NCBI RefSeq assembly: GCF_963921235.1
Contig: NC_086097.1
Span: 122,080,001 to 122,144,000 of the forward strand
Direction: 5' to 3'
Source: Mobula hypostoma
Taxonomy: Eukaryota
Length of the DNA: 64,000 nt
The stretch's first letter is position 1, and each line of letters starts with the position of its first letter. Positions 51,950-64,000 of this stretch are shown here, one piece after another. A program made the translations under genes and the position numbers. The notes below the pieces were generated by a model. That model saw nothing but the letters and a program-made list of their open reading frames with translations. It had not been told where the DNA came from and searched no databases.

Positions 51950-54690
51950 TGTTGTATTCTGAAGCTGTCCCTTCTGGTCCTAGACTGTTTCACTACAGGA
52001 AACATCCTGTGGGTGTCCACTCTATCTAGGCCTATCAGTAAGCAATAGATTTCAATGAGATTCCCTCTCATTCTTCTAAACTCCAACAGGTACAGGCCAC
52101 CGCCATCAAATCCTCCTCATAATTTAACCATGTAATTCCTGGAATCATTCATGTGAAACCCCTCTGGACCCTCTCCAACACTAGCACTTCTTTTCTTAGA
52201 TCAGAGGCCCAAAACAATACTCCAAGTGTGGTCTGACCAATGTCTTACAAAGCCTCAGCATCACATCCTTGCCCTTTAATTTTAGTCTTCTTCTCAAAAT
52301 GAATGCCAACATTGATTTGCTTTCCTTACCACCGACACAACCTGTAAGTAAACCTTTCGGGAATCCTGCACGAGAACTCCCAAGTCCCTTAGCAACTCTG
52401 AATTTCCTCCATTTAGAAAATAGTCTACATCTCTATGCCTTCTACCAAAGTGCATGACTATGCGATTCCCTACATAATATACCATTTGCCACTTCTTTGC
52501 CCATTCTTCCAATATGTCCAAATCCTTCCGCAGACTGCCTGCTTCCTCAACAATATCTGCTCCCTCAACACTACCTGCTCTCCCACCTATCGTATTGTCT
52601 GTAAACTTGGCCACAAAGCCATCAATTCCATCATCCAAATCATTGTCATATAATGTGAAAAGAAATGGTCTCACTACTGACTTTTGGGGAACACCACAGC
52701 CAACCAGAATAGGCCCCCTTTATTCCTCATCTTTGTCTCCTGCCAATCAGCTAATCTTACATTTATGCTAGTATCTTCAAAGTTTAAAGTAAAATTTATT
52801 ATCCAAGTACATAATGTCACCAGGTACAACCCTGAGATACTTCTTCTGCAAGCATACTTAGCAAATCTATAGAACAGTAACTGGAAACAGGATCTGTAAA
52901 CAGTAAACTATAAACAAACTATGCAAATGCAGATAATAAATAAATAAAAATAAATAATGAGCATGAAATACCAAGATAAAAGAGTCCTTAAATGAGTGTA
53001 GTTATCCCCTTTTGTTCAGGAGCCTGATGGTTGAGGGGTAGTAACCATTCTTGAACCTGGTGGTGCATGAAATACTACGGGCTCTTATCTTTTTAAGCAG
53101 CCTTATGTGCGGCACCTTGTCAAAAGCCTTCTGAAATTCCAGTAAATATCATCCACTAACACTCTTTTGTCTATCCTGCCTGTTATTTCCTCAAAGAATT
53201 CCAATTGAATAGTCTGGCAAGATTTCCCCTTAAGGAAACCATGCTGATTTTGGCCTATTTTATCATGCACATCAAAGTACACCAAAACCTCATTCTTAAT
53301 ATTGGACTCTAACATCTTCCCAACAACTGAAGTCAGGCTAATTGGTCTCTAATTTTCTTTCTTCTGCCTCCTTCCTTCCTTAAAGAGTGGAGTGACATTT
53401 GCCATTTCACAGTCCTGAAGAATCTGGTGATTCTTGAAAGATCATTAATAATGCCTCCACAATCTCTTCAGCTACCTCTTTCAGAACTTTAAGGTGTAGC
53501 CCATCTGGTCCAGCTGACATCTACCTTCAGGTTTTTCAGCTTCCCTATCCCCTTCTCCTTAGTTATAGCAACTACACTCACTTCTGCCAACTGATACTTT
53601 TGAATTTCTGGCTCACTGCTAGGGTTGTTCACAGTGAAGACTGATGCAAAATACTTATTAGGTTCTCCAGCATTTTTTTTTGCCCCCATTACTGTTTTTC
53701 CAATATCATTTTCCAGCGTTCCCATATCCACTCTCTTTTGTTCTTTTTATATATCTGAAAAACCTTTTGATATCCACTTTGATATTTTGGGATAGCTTAC
53801 CTTCATATTTCATATTTTCTCTCCTAATGGATTTTTATTTGCCTTCTGTTGGATTTTAAAAACTTCCTCAGTCCTCTAAATTTTCACAAATTTTTGCACT
53901 ATTATATGCCCTCTCTCTTGCTATTATCTTCTCTTTGACTCTCCTTGTTACGCAAGGTTGCCTCATCCTCCCTTTAAAATTCTACTTCACCCTTGGGATG
54001 TATGTATCAAACATCTTCCAAATTGCCTCCAGTAACTCCAGCCATAGCTGTTCTGCCATCATCCTTGCTGGTGTCCCCTTTCAATCAACTTTGGCCAGCT
54101 TCTCTCTTATGCCTCTGTAACTCCCTTTACTCCACTGTAATATTGATGTATCTGACTATATCTTCTCCCTTTTAAAGTGCAGGGTGAATTCTATCATATT
54201 ATGATCACTGTCTCCTAAGGGTTCCTTTCCTTTAAGCTCCCTTATCAAATCTGGTTTATTACATAACGCCCAATCCAGGATTGCCTTTCCCCTAGTGGAC
54301 TCAACCACAAGCTGCTCTAAAAAGAAATCTACAAATTCCCTCTCTTGGGGTCCGGCTCCAACCTAATTTTTCCAATCTACCTGCATATGGAACTCCCCCG
54401 TGACTATTGTAACATTGCCCTCATTACTTGCCTTTTCTATTTCACATTGCAAATTATATTCTACATCCTGGCTACTGTTTGGAGGCCTGCATATAGTTCC
54501 CACCAGGATCTCTTTATCCTTGCAGTTTCTTAACTCTACCCCAAGGATTCTACGTCTTCCAACTCTATGTCACCTCTTTCCAAGGATTTGATTTCATTTG
54601 TTACTGACAGAGTCACCCCACCCTCTCTGCCTATCTGCCTATTCTTTCAGTTCAATGTGTATCCTTGGATGTTAGGCTCCCAACTATGAC
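51950..54690 (-). mobile_element. CR1 LINE with Rex tail inserted about 52780-53070
   Basis: QHGFLKGKSC; FVAKFTDNT; endonuclease region. Confidence 0.8.
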
Positions 54691-54944
54691 CCTATTTCAT
54701 CCCAATTGCAGAACATCCTTATTGAATCTGAAGAATGAAGCCTTGTAAAATTTTACAATTTATAAAGAAGTATTTGGGATTATTGTCAATGCTTTTATTA
54801 TCGCCTTAAGACAACTGCTGGAGATACTGTTGACAGTCTAAAACTATGAATTCCACAAGGGACAGAGAATTAGTTGTGGAGATCATTGAAGGTACTTATT
54901 ATTAAAGGACATGAATCTGAAAATAGAGGAATGTACATGTTGGT

Positions 54945-55600
54945 TCAATAGTTAGGGTACATAGGAACATATTGATAATAGAGTTGTTAAGCAAGTATAT
55001 ATGTGTTGGCCATCATTTGTCGGGGATTGAGTTCAAGAGCCACAAAGTAATGTTGCAGCTCTATAAAACTCTGGTTAGACCATGCTTAGGATATTGTGTT
55101 CCATTCTGTCAACTCGTTATAGAAAGGATGTGGAAGCTTTAGAGAGGGGGCAAAAGAGCTTTACCAGGATGCTGCCTGGATGAGAAGGCATGATGTATGA
55201 GAGAGCTAGGGCTTTTCTCTTTGGAGTGAAGCAAGGTGAGAGGTGACTTGACACAGGTGTACTAGATGTTAAGAGGTGTAGACTGAGTGGATAGCCAGAG
55301 ACATTTTTCGGGAGGGAAATAGCTAATATGAGGGGACATATTTTTAGAAAATTGGAGGAAAGTATAGGAGAATGTCAAAGACAAGTTTTTTTTTACATGG
55401 AGAGTGGTAGATGCATTAAACACCCTACCAGAGATGGTGGTAGAAGCAGATACACTGGGAAATTTAAGAAACTCTTAAATAGGCACATGGATGATAGAAA
55501 CATGGAGTGCTATGTAGGAAGGAAGGATTAGTTTGATCTTAGAGTAGGTTAAAAGGTTTGCACAACTTTGTGAGCTGAAGGGCCTGTACTGTGCTATAAC
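54945..55600 (+). mobile_element. CR1 3' fragment
   Basis: gggattgagttcaagagc...gggcctgtactgtgct. Confidence 0.75.
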
Positions 55601-56912
55601 ATATAATGCTGTAATGCATATTTTATTCCATAACCATACTTTAACCTCTAACTTTAATTTTTGATTTAAGCTTTATACTTTATAATTGTCGAATGTTGTC
55701 TTTCTTTGCATGTTGCATCCTAACCAACGCACCACAGCAAATTCCGAATACATGTAAACGCCAGAGTGACTGCAGTGCCACATGTGAATGAGCATGGGTA
55801 GGTTGGTAGGTTGAAGGGAGGAACAGGGTTTATTTAGCTGTTGTTGCATTGCTTCCTGTTGTGTTCTGTTGCATTCTGTGTGGTTCTGCCAACCATTGCA
55901 GGGATACAATGTTGGCACCGCAACGTGCGGGCTGCCCTCAACACATCCTTGGGTGTGTTGGTTGTTTATGCAAATGACACATTTCACTGTATGTTTCAAT
56001 GCACATGTGATAAATAAATCTACATCTGATTCTGAACCTCGATCTGTTTTATGTTCTATGTTCTCAATAGATTTCAATGCCTATCTAAACTACCTTGCTT
56101 ATAGATTGTGCTAAATTAACTTACAACAAGTACTCAAGCACATTTATCAACTCCAGACATTCAATGTTTGTGCAAACACATGCATGCAATCATTACAGTT
56201 TCACAGATTGATGCAATATATGTTCTAAGATAAAGAATCTATGATTAATGCGATTGCTGGTAATCGTTCTGTGCTCTCCGCCAGTTTTACTGGAAAGACC
56301 TTTGCACATGTCCCTCCATATTAATGAAATACTGGCTCCTAAGGTGCAGACAATTTCTCATTGCCTTGGGGGTGCACCAAGCTTCAACATTTTATTATAT
56401 GCTTAGATTCTGCTTAAACATCATAGCAATTGGGATTGAAGCGAGTTGATTTGGCCAAGGGAATTCTTTCCACAATAGATTCTCATTTTTTAATCATTGG
56501 AGTTACAATGCAATTTACACAACTCATCTCTGGTGGAGGTAACATGCTGGTCTGAAGGGCATTGTGCTTAATCATGATCGCAGGTCAGCTCTCCCATCAG
56601 ACAAACAGGGAAGCTAATGAGTTACCACCAGAACCTTCCAAAAGTCTAGTTAACATTTCAAAGGTGCTGTAGATATGAAAGAAAAGTAGGAGTACTGGAG
56701 ATACAGGCAGTTCTTAAGTTAAGAGTATGTGTGGGCTTACCTTCTGAGAGAATGGTTTGTATTGTGATTTTCCTTAATGTATAAAGCATGTGTCAAGAAA
56801 TGCAGATTGCAAAAGAAATTATGTTGATTTATTTTTTTCACACAGATTCCACGAGAGCAACTTTTCTTCTGTACTTAGGACTTCTGGATAATGGTTTGTG
56901 AATTCTGTAAGG

Positions 56913-57697
56913 CAGGGGTCCCCAACCTTATTTGCACCACGGACCGGTCTAATATTGACAATATTCTTGCAGACCGGCCGACGGTGGGGGGGTGGTGTTC
57001 AAATAGGGTTGTCAAATTTCTCACTCCCAAATAAGGGACAAAAGTAGCAGTCAAATATGGGACACTTGTGTTTACCCCGAGAAAGACTACCATGACCATG
57101 AAGCCTTGCGGGGGCACCTGTGTGTGCACGCTTGACGTGCGCATACGTGGCGTGTGCATGTGTGTACGTGCCGATTTTTTCTACAAATCGGTTTTGGCTT
57201 AATCTTCCTGATTCTGTTAAGTGAAACTACACTGTACATATATTATTTCTACTTTATATAGGCTGTGTGTTTATCATATCATTCCTGCTTTTACTATATG
57301 TTAGTGTTATTTTAGTTTTTATTTTTTATTTGGTATAATTTGGTAGGTTATTTTTTGGGTCTGGGAATGCTCAAAAATTTTTCACATATAAATTAATGGT
57401 AATAGCTTCTTCACTTTATGCCATTTCAGCTTACGAATGGTTTCATAGGAACGCTCTACCTTAGCGGGGGAAATACGGGACAAGGGTGGTCCCGTATGGG
57501 ACAAACCAATTTAGCCCAATATATGGGATGTCCCGGCTAATACGGGACAGTTGGCAACCCTATGTTCAAGTTCAACAGTGCGTGACAGGGAATGAGGAAA
57601 GGTGCAGCTGACTCATATCATTTCATATCGCCAAATCATATTGTTTCCTCGCGGCCCGGTAGCACATGCTTTGCAGCCCGGTGGTTGGAGACCACTT
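56913..57697. mobile_element. hAT (Charlie-like) MITE
   Basis: CAGGGGTCCCCAACC / GGTTGGAGACCACTT ends; perfect 8-bp TSD CTGTAAGG. Confidence 0.88.
57004..57562. mobile_element. Nested hAT MITE with TAGGGTTGCCA-type TIRs
   Basis: TAGGGTTGTCAA / TTGGCAACCCTA; 8-bp TSD TGTTCAAA/TGTTCAAG. Confidence 0.85.
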
Positions 57698-57739
57698 CTG
57701 TAAGGATAAATTTTCAGAATGAAAACAGGCCTAATGCTG

Positions 57740-58130
57740 GAGTTTAATAGAATGACAGGAGATCTCACTGAAACCAAATCAAACATTGAAAGGCCTAGAT
57801 AGAGTGAACGCAGAGAGGATGTTTCCTCAGTGGAGAGTCTAGGACCAGAGAGCACAGCCTCAGAATACAAGGACTTCCCCTTAGAACAGCAATGAAGAGG
57901 AATTTCTTTAGCCAGAAGATGGTGAATCTGTGGAATTCATTGCCACCGATGCTGTGGAGACCAAGTTATTAGGTATATTTAAAGCAGAGGTTGCTAAGTT
58001 CTTGATTAATAAGGGTGTATGGGAAGAAGGGATGAGAATGGGATTGAGAAAGATAGTACATCAGCTAGAAGGAATATTGGAGCATAGTCAATGGGCTGAA
58101 TGACCTAATTGTACTCCTATGTCTTATAGT
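57740..58130 (+). mobile_element. CR1 3' end
   Basis: Matches 13640-14045. Confidence 0.75.
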
Positions 58131-58304
58131 CTCATGCATTGGTTGGCTGTACTCAGACGGTTAGGGAGCATCAATGAAGGGAGAAACAGAGCTAACAAGT
58201 CATTTGCTTTAAATGGTAACTTGATTCCACTCTTCACACATGCTGCCTGGCCTGCTGGGTATCTCCATTCATTGCTAATATTTCTCTGGATCAATGGTTG
58301 CACA

Positions 58305-58625
58305 TTAACGCGGCAGTTAGCACATCACTCTACAGAGCCAGTGAACCAATCGTGGTTCAATTCCCATTGTTGTCTGGAAGGAGTTTGTACACGTTCTCTA
58401 TGGCCACATGGGCTTCCTCTGGGTGCCTCATTTCCTCCCATATTCCATGTTAGGATTAGTAAATCGTGGGCGTGCTATGTTGGTACCAGAGGCATGACAA
58501 CACTTGCGGTCTGCCCAGCAAAATCCTCATTAATTTAATTTAATGCAAACGATTCATTTCATTGTATGTTTCAATGTTTCAATGTTTTGATGTTGATGTG
58601 ATAATTAAAGCTAATCTTTAATCTT
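58305..58625 (+). mobile_element. tRNA-derived SINE
   Basis: GGTTCAATTCC B box; V-domain-like core. Confidence 0.6.
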
Positions 58626-58910
58626 TATTTTCTGTAGATCACTTAAACCTGTACATCGAGACCTAACAATCAAAGATTGGTATTTGCCTTGCACATCTAA
58701 TTTCATAAAACATCTCATAGTGCTTCACAGCCAAAAATACCCTCAGTGTTCACTTTATGGAGGAATACCTAGATCTGTAGGACTGAAGGAGGTTGTAGAA
58801 GGAGGAAAACTGATTAGCTCCAGCTGACATGTTACATCCTGTACCAAATAAGGTGGCCACTGAGTGTATGTTCCTGATCTTTTACTGCTGTAACCCATTC
58901 ACTTCAAGCA

Positions 58911-59050
58911 TTATCCCTTCAGGTATCATTCCTGAAGAAGATGACAGAGTTTGTCATCGAGACGTCAGTTACCATCGATACCTGTACCCGACTAGAAACT
59001 CAAGAAGAGTTTATTCCTCATATACGTTGGGAAAGCACTAGATCCTTTTT
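58911..59050 (+). mobile_element. Second Penelope-like family terminus with hammerhead-like fold
   Basis: CTGAAGA-A-GATGACA(GAGTT)TGTCATC-GAGACGTC; AGGTATC/GATACCT pairing. Confidence 0.6.
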
Positions 59051-59407
59051 CAGAATTATGTATTTGCACTCTCGCTGTCCCTATCTACAAACTGGTTTTA
59101 CCACCAAATAAATATTTTCCCTCTTAACATTTTCCTCCAGACTTATGCAGCCTGATGTTTGATAATTGAATCTTCTGACATTTACATTGGCTCAGTGGCT
59201 TGTTAACATCTCAGGAAATACTGAAGGATGATGACTGCTGGTATCACATTATAAGCTACTAGGCTTTTTATTATTTCAATGAAATTGTAACTCACACAAA
59301 TTCCATACCCAAAAGGCACCCCTTTCCAGTAACTTTACTACCTATATTTAGCATAATTAAAAGAAAAGCTTGCAACCATTTTAGCAAAAAGAGGAACTGA
59401 ATTAAAT

Positions 59408-59600
59408 TAAAAGCTATTTTTATTGAGGATAATTGATAGGCATTAAAAATATATTTATTTATTTAAAAGCTTTTTATTTGAGGACAATTGATAGGCATTA
59501 AAAGAATATTTATTTATTTAAAGGCTCTTTATTGAGAATAATTGATTGGAATTAAAAGACTATTTATTTAAAGGCCTTTTATTGAGGATAATTGAATGGA
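59408..59600. repeat. AT-rich minisatellite, about 3.5 copies of a 50-56 bp unit
   Basis: Recurrent TTTATTGAGGATAATTGATAGGCATTAAAA. Confidence 0.85.
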
Positions 59601-60344
59601 AGAATGAATCAGAAGAAAAAGAAGTGAAATACAGCTTTCAGCAGAAGTCGTCTTGGAAGCAGTTAAAAAATAATGTTAAATTGGGTTGAAATTTTATTAA
59701 CTATCTTGAGCGCATTAGAGACTGTTAGCAGAAATCCTGACTGATATCATTTGTTGTTTGAGCAAGAAGAAAATTGTTCCATAGGGTTATTAAGTATCTC
59801 TGAAAATTCAGAACAATTCATTTAGGATATCTGCAGAGTGAAATAACCTAATCAACAAGTACTGGTGGACACAATTATTCTTTTCAACTTTTTCTTTGCA
59901 AAGTAAGGACAATATAATTCAATCCCATCAGTCTATGAACGATCATCATATTTTTAACCAATTCCCTGCATTCTACGATACGCCAGTTGTGAGATATCTG
60001 GTGCCATGGGCAATGTTACACAAAAGACACAGAACACATCGCAAACTGCATTATAAAGTGCATTAATAGTATCTCAGGGATATAATTTAAACCGCATTAG
60101 AGGATGAGAAAACATCTCTTTTACTTAGAGCAATACTTATCTTTGCTTAATGTTAAAAAAAGTTGTACTTCTATAAAAATTCAAAGGTTCCAGTTCATTG
60201 TCAACATAGTATCTGCATCAAATTATCTCAAAGATAAAATATTCTGTCTTTCTATCTTTTCTTTGCATGTTAGTCTGGATGGGTTTACATTTCCAAAATG
60301 GGCCTGAGCTTCCTCAAGCTATAGATGCACAAGTAATTGCTTAC

Positions 60345-60459
60345 CTGACTCACAGGCAAATGTCTTTGATGTTTCATCATGAAAGATAATTGCCACAGCA
60401 TGTTTCTTTGTCTCCCGGGGCAACCTGCTTATGTTCCTGATGCTGTGCAGCTCAGTTAC
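60345..60459 (-). CDS. DOK6: Docking protein 6 internal coding exon (PH domain; equivalent of exon 3)
   Basis: Minus strand ctcttgcttccag|GTAACT...GAGTCAG|gtaagc, 115 nt, phase 0 to phase 1. Translates [38 protein letters not shown], matching recalled vertebrate DOK6 ([38 protein letters not shown]). Confidence 0.93.
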
Positions 60460-60679
60460 CTGGAAGCAAGAGTCAGATTAATTATAAAAATGGCACATTC
60501 TTTCATTTGATGTCCCACAAGGGAGAAGAGTATTGTTTTTTTATGATTTTTGTGTATATGTGTGTATTCATCACAGTGAGAGTACTAGCTGTGGGCAATG
60601 GATTTTTTTTTAAAGTTAGGTGCATGCAATATTATTAAGCATTCAGGATTAGCTGCTACACAACTAGTATGAAGCAGAC

Positions 60680-60980
60680 AGGCATGCTAACAAGTTGCAT
60701 CACTGCATGGTATGGAAACTGTACTGTGGTTGGCAGGAAGACTCTGTAACAGGTAGACAAAATTGCCCAATGCATCACTGGCACCAGCCTACCCACCATC
60801 AAGGACATATGTACAGAAAGGTACCAGGAAAAGGTCAGTAACATCATGAAGGGTCCTACCCACCCTGCTCGTGGATTCTTTGTTCCATTCCCACCCAGGA
60901 GGAGGCTACGTAGTATTCATGCCAGGACCACCAGATTCAAAAACAGCTATTTTCCCCAAGCAGTAAGGCTGATCAATAAT
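60680..60980 (+). mobile_element. Rex/Babar LINE 3' end
   Basis: RTTRFKNSYFPQAVRLIN. Confidence 0.75.
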
Positions 60981-61080
60981 TGCACACCACCCACAACCAC
61001 TACTTTAGCATTTCCTGATAGATTAACCTTATATACAGTCACTTATGCCTGGCATCACCTTATGGATATACAATCAAACT

Positions 61081-64000
61081 ACATAGAAACATAGAAAATA
61101 GGTGCAGGAGTAGGCCATTCGGCCCTTTGAGCCTGCACCGCCATTTATTATGATCATGGCTGATTATCCAACTCAGAACCCCGCCCCAGCCTTCCCTCCA
61201 TACCCCCTGATCCCCGTAGCCACAAGGGCCATATCTAACTCCCTCTTAAATATAGCCAATGAACTGGCATCAACTGTTTCCTGTGGCAGAGAATTCCACA
61301 GATTCACCACTCTCTGTGTGAAGAAGTTTTTCCTAATCTAGGTCCTAAAAGGCTTCCCCTTTATCCTCAAACCGTGACCTCTTGTTCTGGACTTCCCCAA
61401 CATCGGGAACAATCTTCCTGCATCTAGCCTGTCCAATCCCTTTAGGATTTTATACGTTTCAATCAGATCCCCCCTCAATCTTCTAAATTCCAACAAGTAC
61501 AAGCCCAGTTCATCCACTCTTTCTTCATATGAAAGTCCTGCCATCCCAGGAATCAATCTGGTAAACCTTCTTTGTACTCCTTCTATGGCAAGGATGTCTT
61601 TCCTCAGATTAAGTGACCAAAACTGCACACAATACTCCAGGTGTGGTCTCACCAAGGCCTTGTACAACTGCAGTAGTACCTCCCTGCTCCTGTACTCGAA
61701 TCCTCTCGCTATAAATGCCAGCATACCATTCGCCTTTTTCACCGCCTGCTGTACCTGCATGCCCACTTTCAATGACTGGTGTATAATGACACCCAGGTCT
61801 CGTTGCACCTCCCCTTTTCCTAATCGGCCACCATTCAGATGATAATCTGTTTTCCTATTTTTGCCACCAAAGTGGGTAACTTCACATTTATCCACATTAA
61901 ATTGCATCTGCCATGAATTTGCCCACTCACCCAACCTATCCAAGTCACTCTGCATCCTCTTAGCATCCTCCTCACAGCTAACACTGCCACCCAGCTTCGT
62001 GTCATCCGCAAACTTGGAGATGCTGCATTTAATTCCCTCATCCAAGTCATTAATATATATTGTAAACAACTGGGGTCCCAGCACTGAGTCTTGCGGTACC
62101 CCACTAGTCACCGCCTGCCATTCTGAAAAGGTCCTGTTTATTCCCACTCTTTGCTTCCTGTCTGCTAACCAATTCTCCATCCACATCAATACCTTACCCC
62201 CAATACCGTGTGCTTTAAGTTTGAACACTAATCTCCTGTGTGGGACCTTGTCAAAAGCCTTTTGAAAATCCAAATATACCACATCCACTGGTTCTCCCCT
62301 ATCCACTCTACTAGTTACACCCTCAAAAAATTCTGTGAGATTCGTCAGACATGATTTTCCTTTCACAAATCTATGCTGACTTTGTCCGATGATTTCACCG
62401 CTTTCCAAATGTGCTGTTATCACATCTTTGATAACTGACTCCAGCAGTTTCCCCACCACCGACGTTAGGCTAACCGGTCTATAATTCCCCGGTTTCTCTC
62501 TCCCTCCTTTTTTAAAAAGTGGGGTTACATTAGCCACCCTCCAATCCTCAGGAACTAGTCCAGAATCTAACGAGTTTTGAAAAGTTATCGCTAATGCATC
62601 CACTATTTCTTGGGCTACTTCCTTAAGCACTCTAGGATGCAGACCATCTGGCCCTGGGGATTTATCTGCCTTCAATCCCTTCAATTTACCTAACACCACT
62701 TCCCTACTAACATGTATTTCGCTCAGTTCCTCCATCTCACTGGACCCTCTGTCCCCTACTATTTCTGGAAAATTATTTATGTCCTCTTTAGTGAAGACAG
62801 AACCAAAGTAATTATTTAATTGGTCTGCCATGTCCTTTCTCCCCATAATCAATTCACCTGTTTCTGTCTGCAGGGACCTACATTTGTCTTTACCAGTCTT
62901 TTCCTTTTTACATATCTATAAAAGCTTTTACAGTCAGTTTTTATGTTCCCTGCCAGTTTTCTCTCATAATCTTTTTTCCCCTTCCTAATTAAGCCCTTTG
63001 TCCCCCTCTGCTGAACTCTAAATTTCTCCCAGTCCTCAGGTGAGCCACTTTCCCTGGCTAATTTGTATGCTTCTTCTTTGGAATTGATACTATCCCTAAT
63101 TTCTCTTGTCAGCCACGGGTGCACTACCTTCCTTGAATTATTCTTTTGCCAAACTGGGATGAACAATTGTTGTAGTTCATCCATGCAACCTTTAAATGCT
63201 TGCCATTGCATATCCACCGTCAATCCTTTAAGTGTCATTTGCCAGTCTATCTTAGCTAATTCACGTCTCATACCTTCAAAGTTACCCCTCTTTAAGTTCA
63301 GAACCTTTGTTTCTGAATTAACTATGTCACTCTCCATCTTAATGAAGAATTCCACCATATTATGGTCACTCTTACCCAAGGGGCCTCTCACGACAAGATA
63401 GCTAATTAACCCTTCCTCATTGCTCAAAACCCAGTCCAGAATAGCCTGCTCTCTAGTTGATTTCTCGACATGTTGGTTCAAAAAACCATCCCGCATACAT
63501 TCCAAGAAATCCTCTTCCTCAGTACCTTTACCAATTTGGTTCACCCAATCTACATGTAGATTGAAGTCACCCATTATAACTGCTGTTCCCTTATTGCACA
63601 CATTTCTAATTTCCTGTTTAATACCACCTCCGACCTCACTACTACTATTAGGTGGCCTGTACACAACTCCCACCAGCGTCTTCTGCCCCTTAGTGTTACG
63701 CAGCTCTACCCATATCGATTCCACATCTTCCCAGCTTATGTCCTTCCTTTCTATTGCATTAATCTCTTCTTTAACCAGCAACGCCACCCCACCTCCCCTT
63801 CCTTCATGTCTATCCCTCCTGAATATTGAATATCCCTGAACGTTGAGCTCCCATCCTTGGTCACCCTGGAGCCATGTCTCTGTGATCCCAACTATATCAT
63901 AATCATTAATAACAATCTGCACTTTCAATTCATCCACCTTATTACAAATGCTCCTTGCATTGACACACAAAGCCTTCAGGCGCTCTTTTACAACTCTCTT
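61081..64000 (-). mobile_element. Young CR1 (HER1-like) LINE, ORF2 EN+RT nearly intact
   Basis: 373-aa EN ORF (ETWL, GDFN, SDH) and 504-aa RT ORF (FADD) separated by one frameshift near 62872; premature stop at 61338-61340; (TTTCTATG)n tail. Confidence 0.95.

Noticed and set aside
39470..56670. Other AG...GT bounded minus-strand segments (about 39470-39520, 48768-48807, 56626-56666)
   Set aside because: No recognisable protein similarity and no match to DOK6; such pseudo-exons are common in long introns.
61585..63839. Plus-strand ORFs opposite CR1 ORF2
   Set aside because: Antisense shadows of the LINE reading frame.

Overview
Eukaryotic, repeat-rich vertebrate DNA; the repeat inventory (CR1/HER1-type LINEs, tRNA-derived V-SINE/HE1-like SINEs, Rex/Babar, Penelope, Tc1) suggests a cartilaginous fish, probably a ray (inference). 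One host coding exon is recognisable: a 115-bp minus-strand exon of DOK6 (PH domain, 60345-60459). The next DOK6 exon is not visible, so positions 1-60344 appear to be part of one very long intron. Most of the rest is nested, decayed transposons, and most ORFs in the supplied track are transposon fragments or noise. Highlights: (1) a non-autonomous Gypsy LTR element (1-3683) in which the RNaseH/integrase region is replaced by intron-less myosin heavy chain rod sequence, most like MYH16; (2) a miniature LTR element with a 169-bp interior and a Tf1/sushi-type self-priming signal; (3) many Penelope-borne minimal hammerhead ribozyme motifs, including a 103-bp-arm palindrome with one on each strand; (4) a Sleeping Beauty-family Tc1 built from two right ends. 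Family and protein assignments come from recalled motifs, not database searches. Edges of decayed repeats are approximate.
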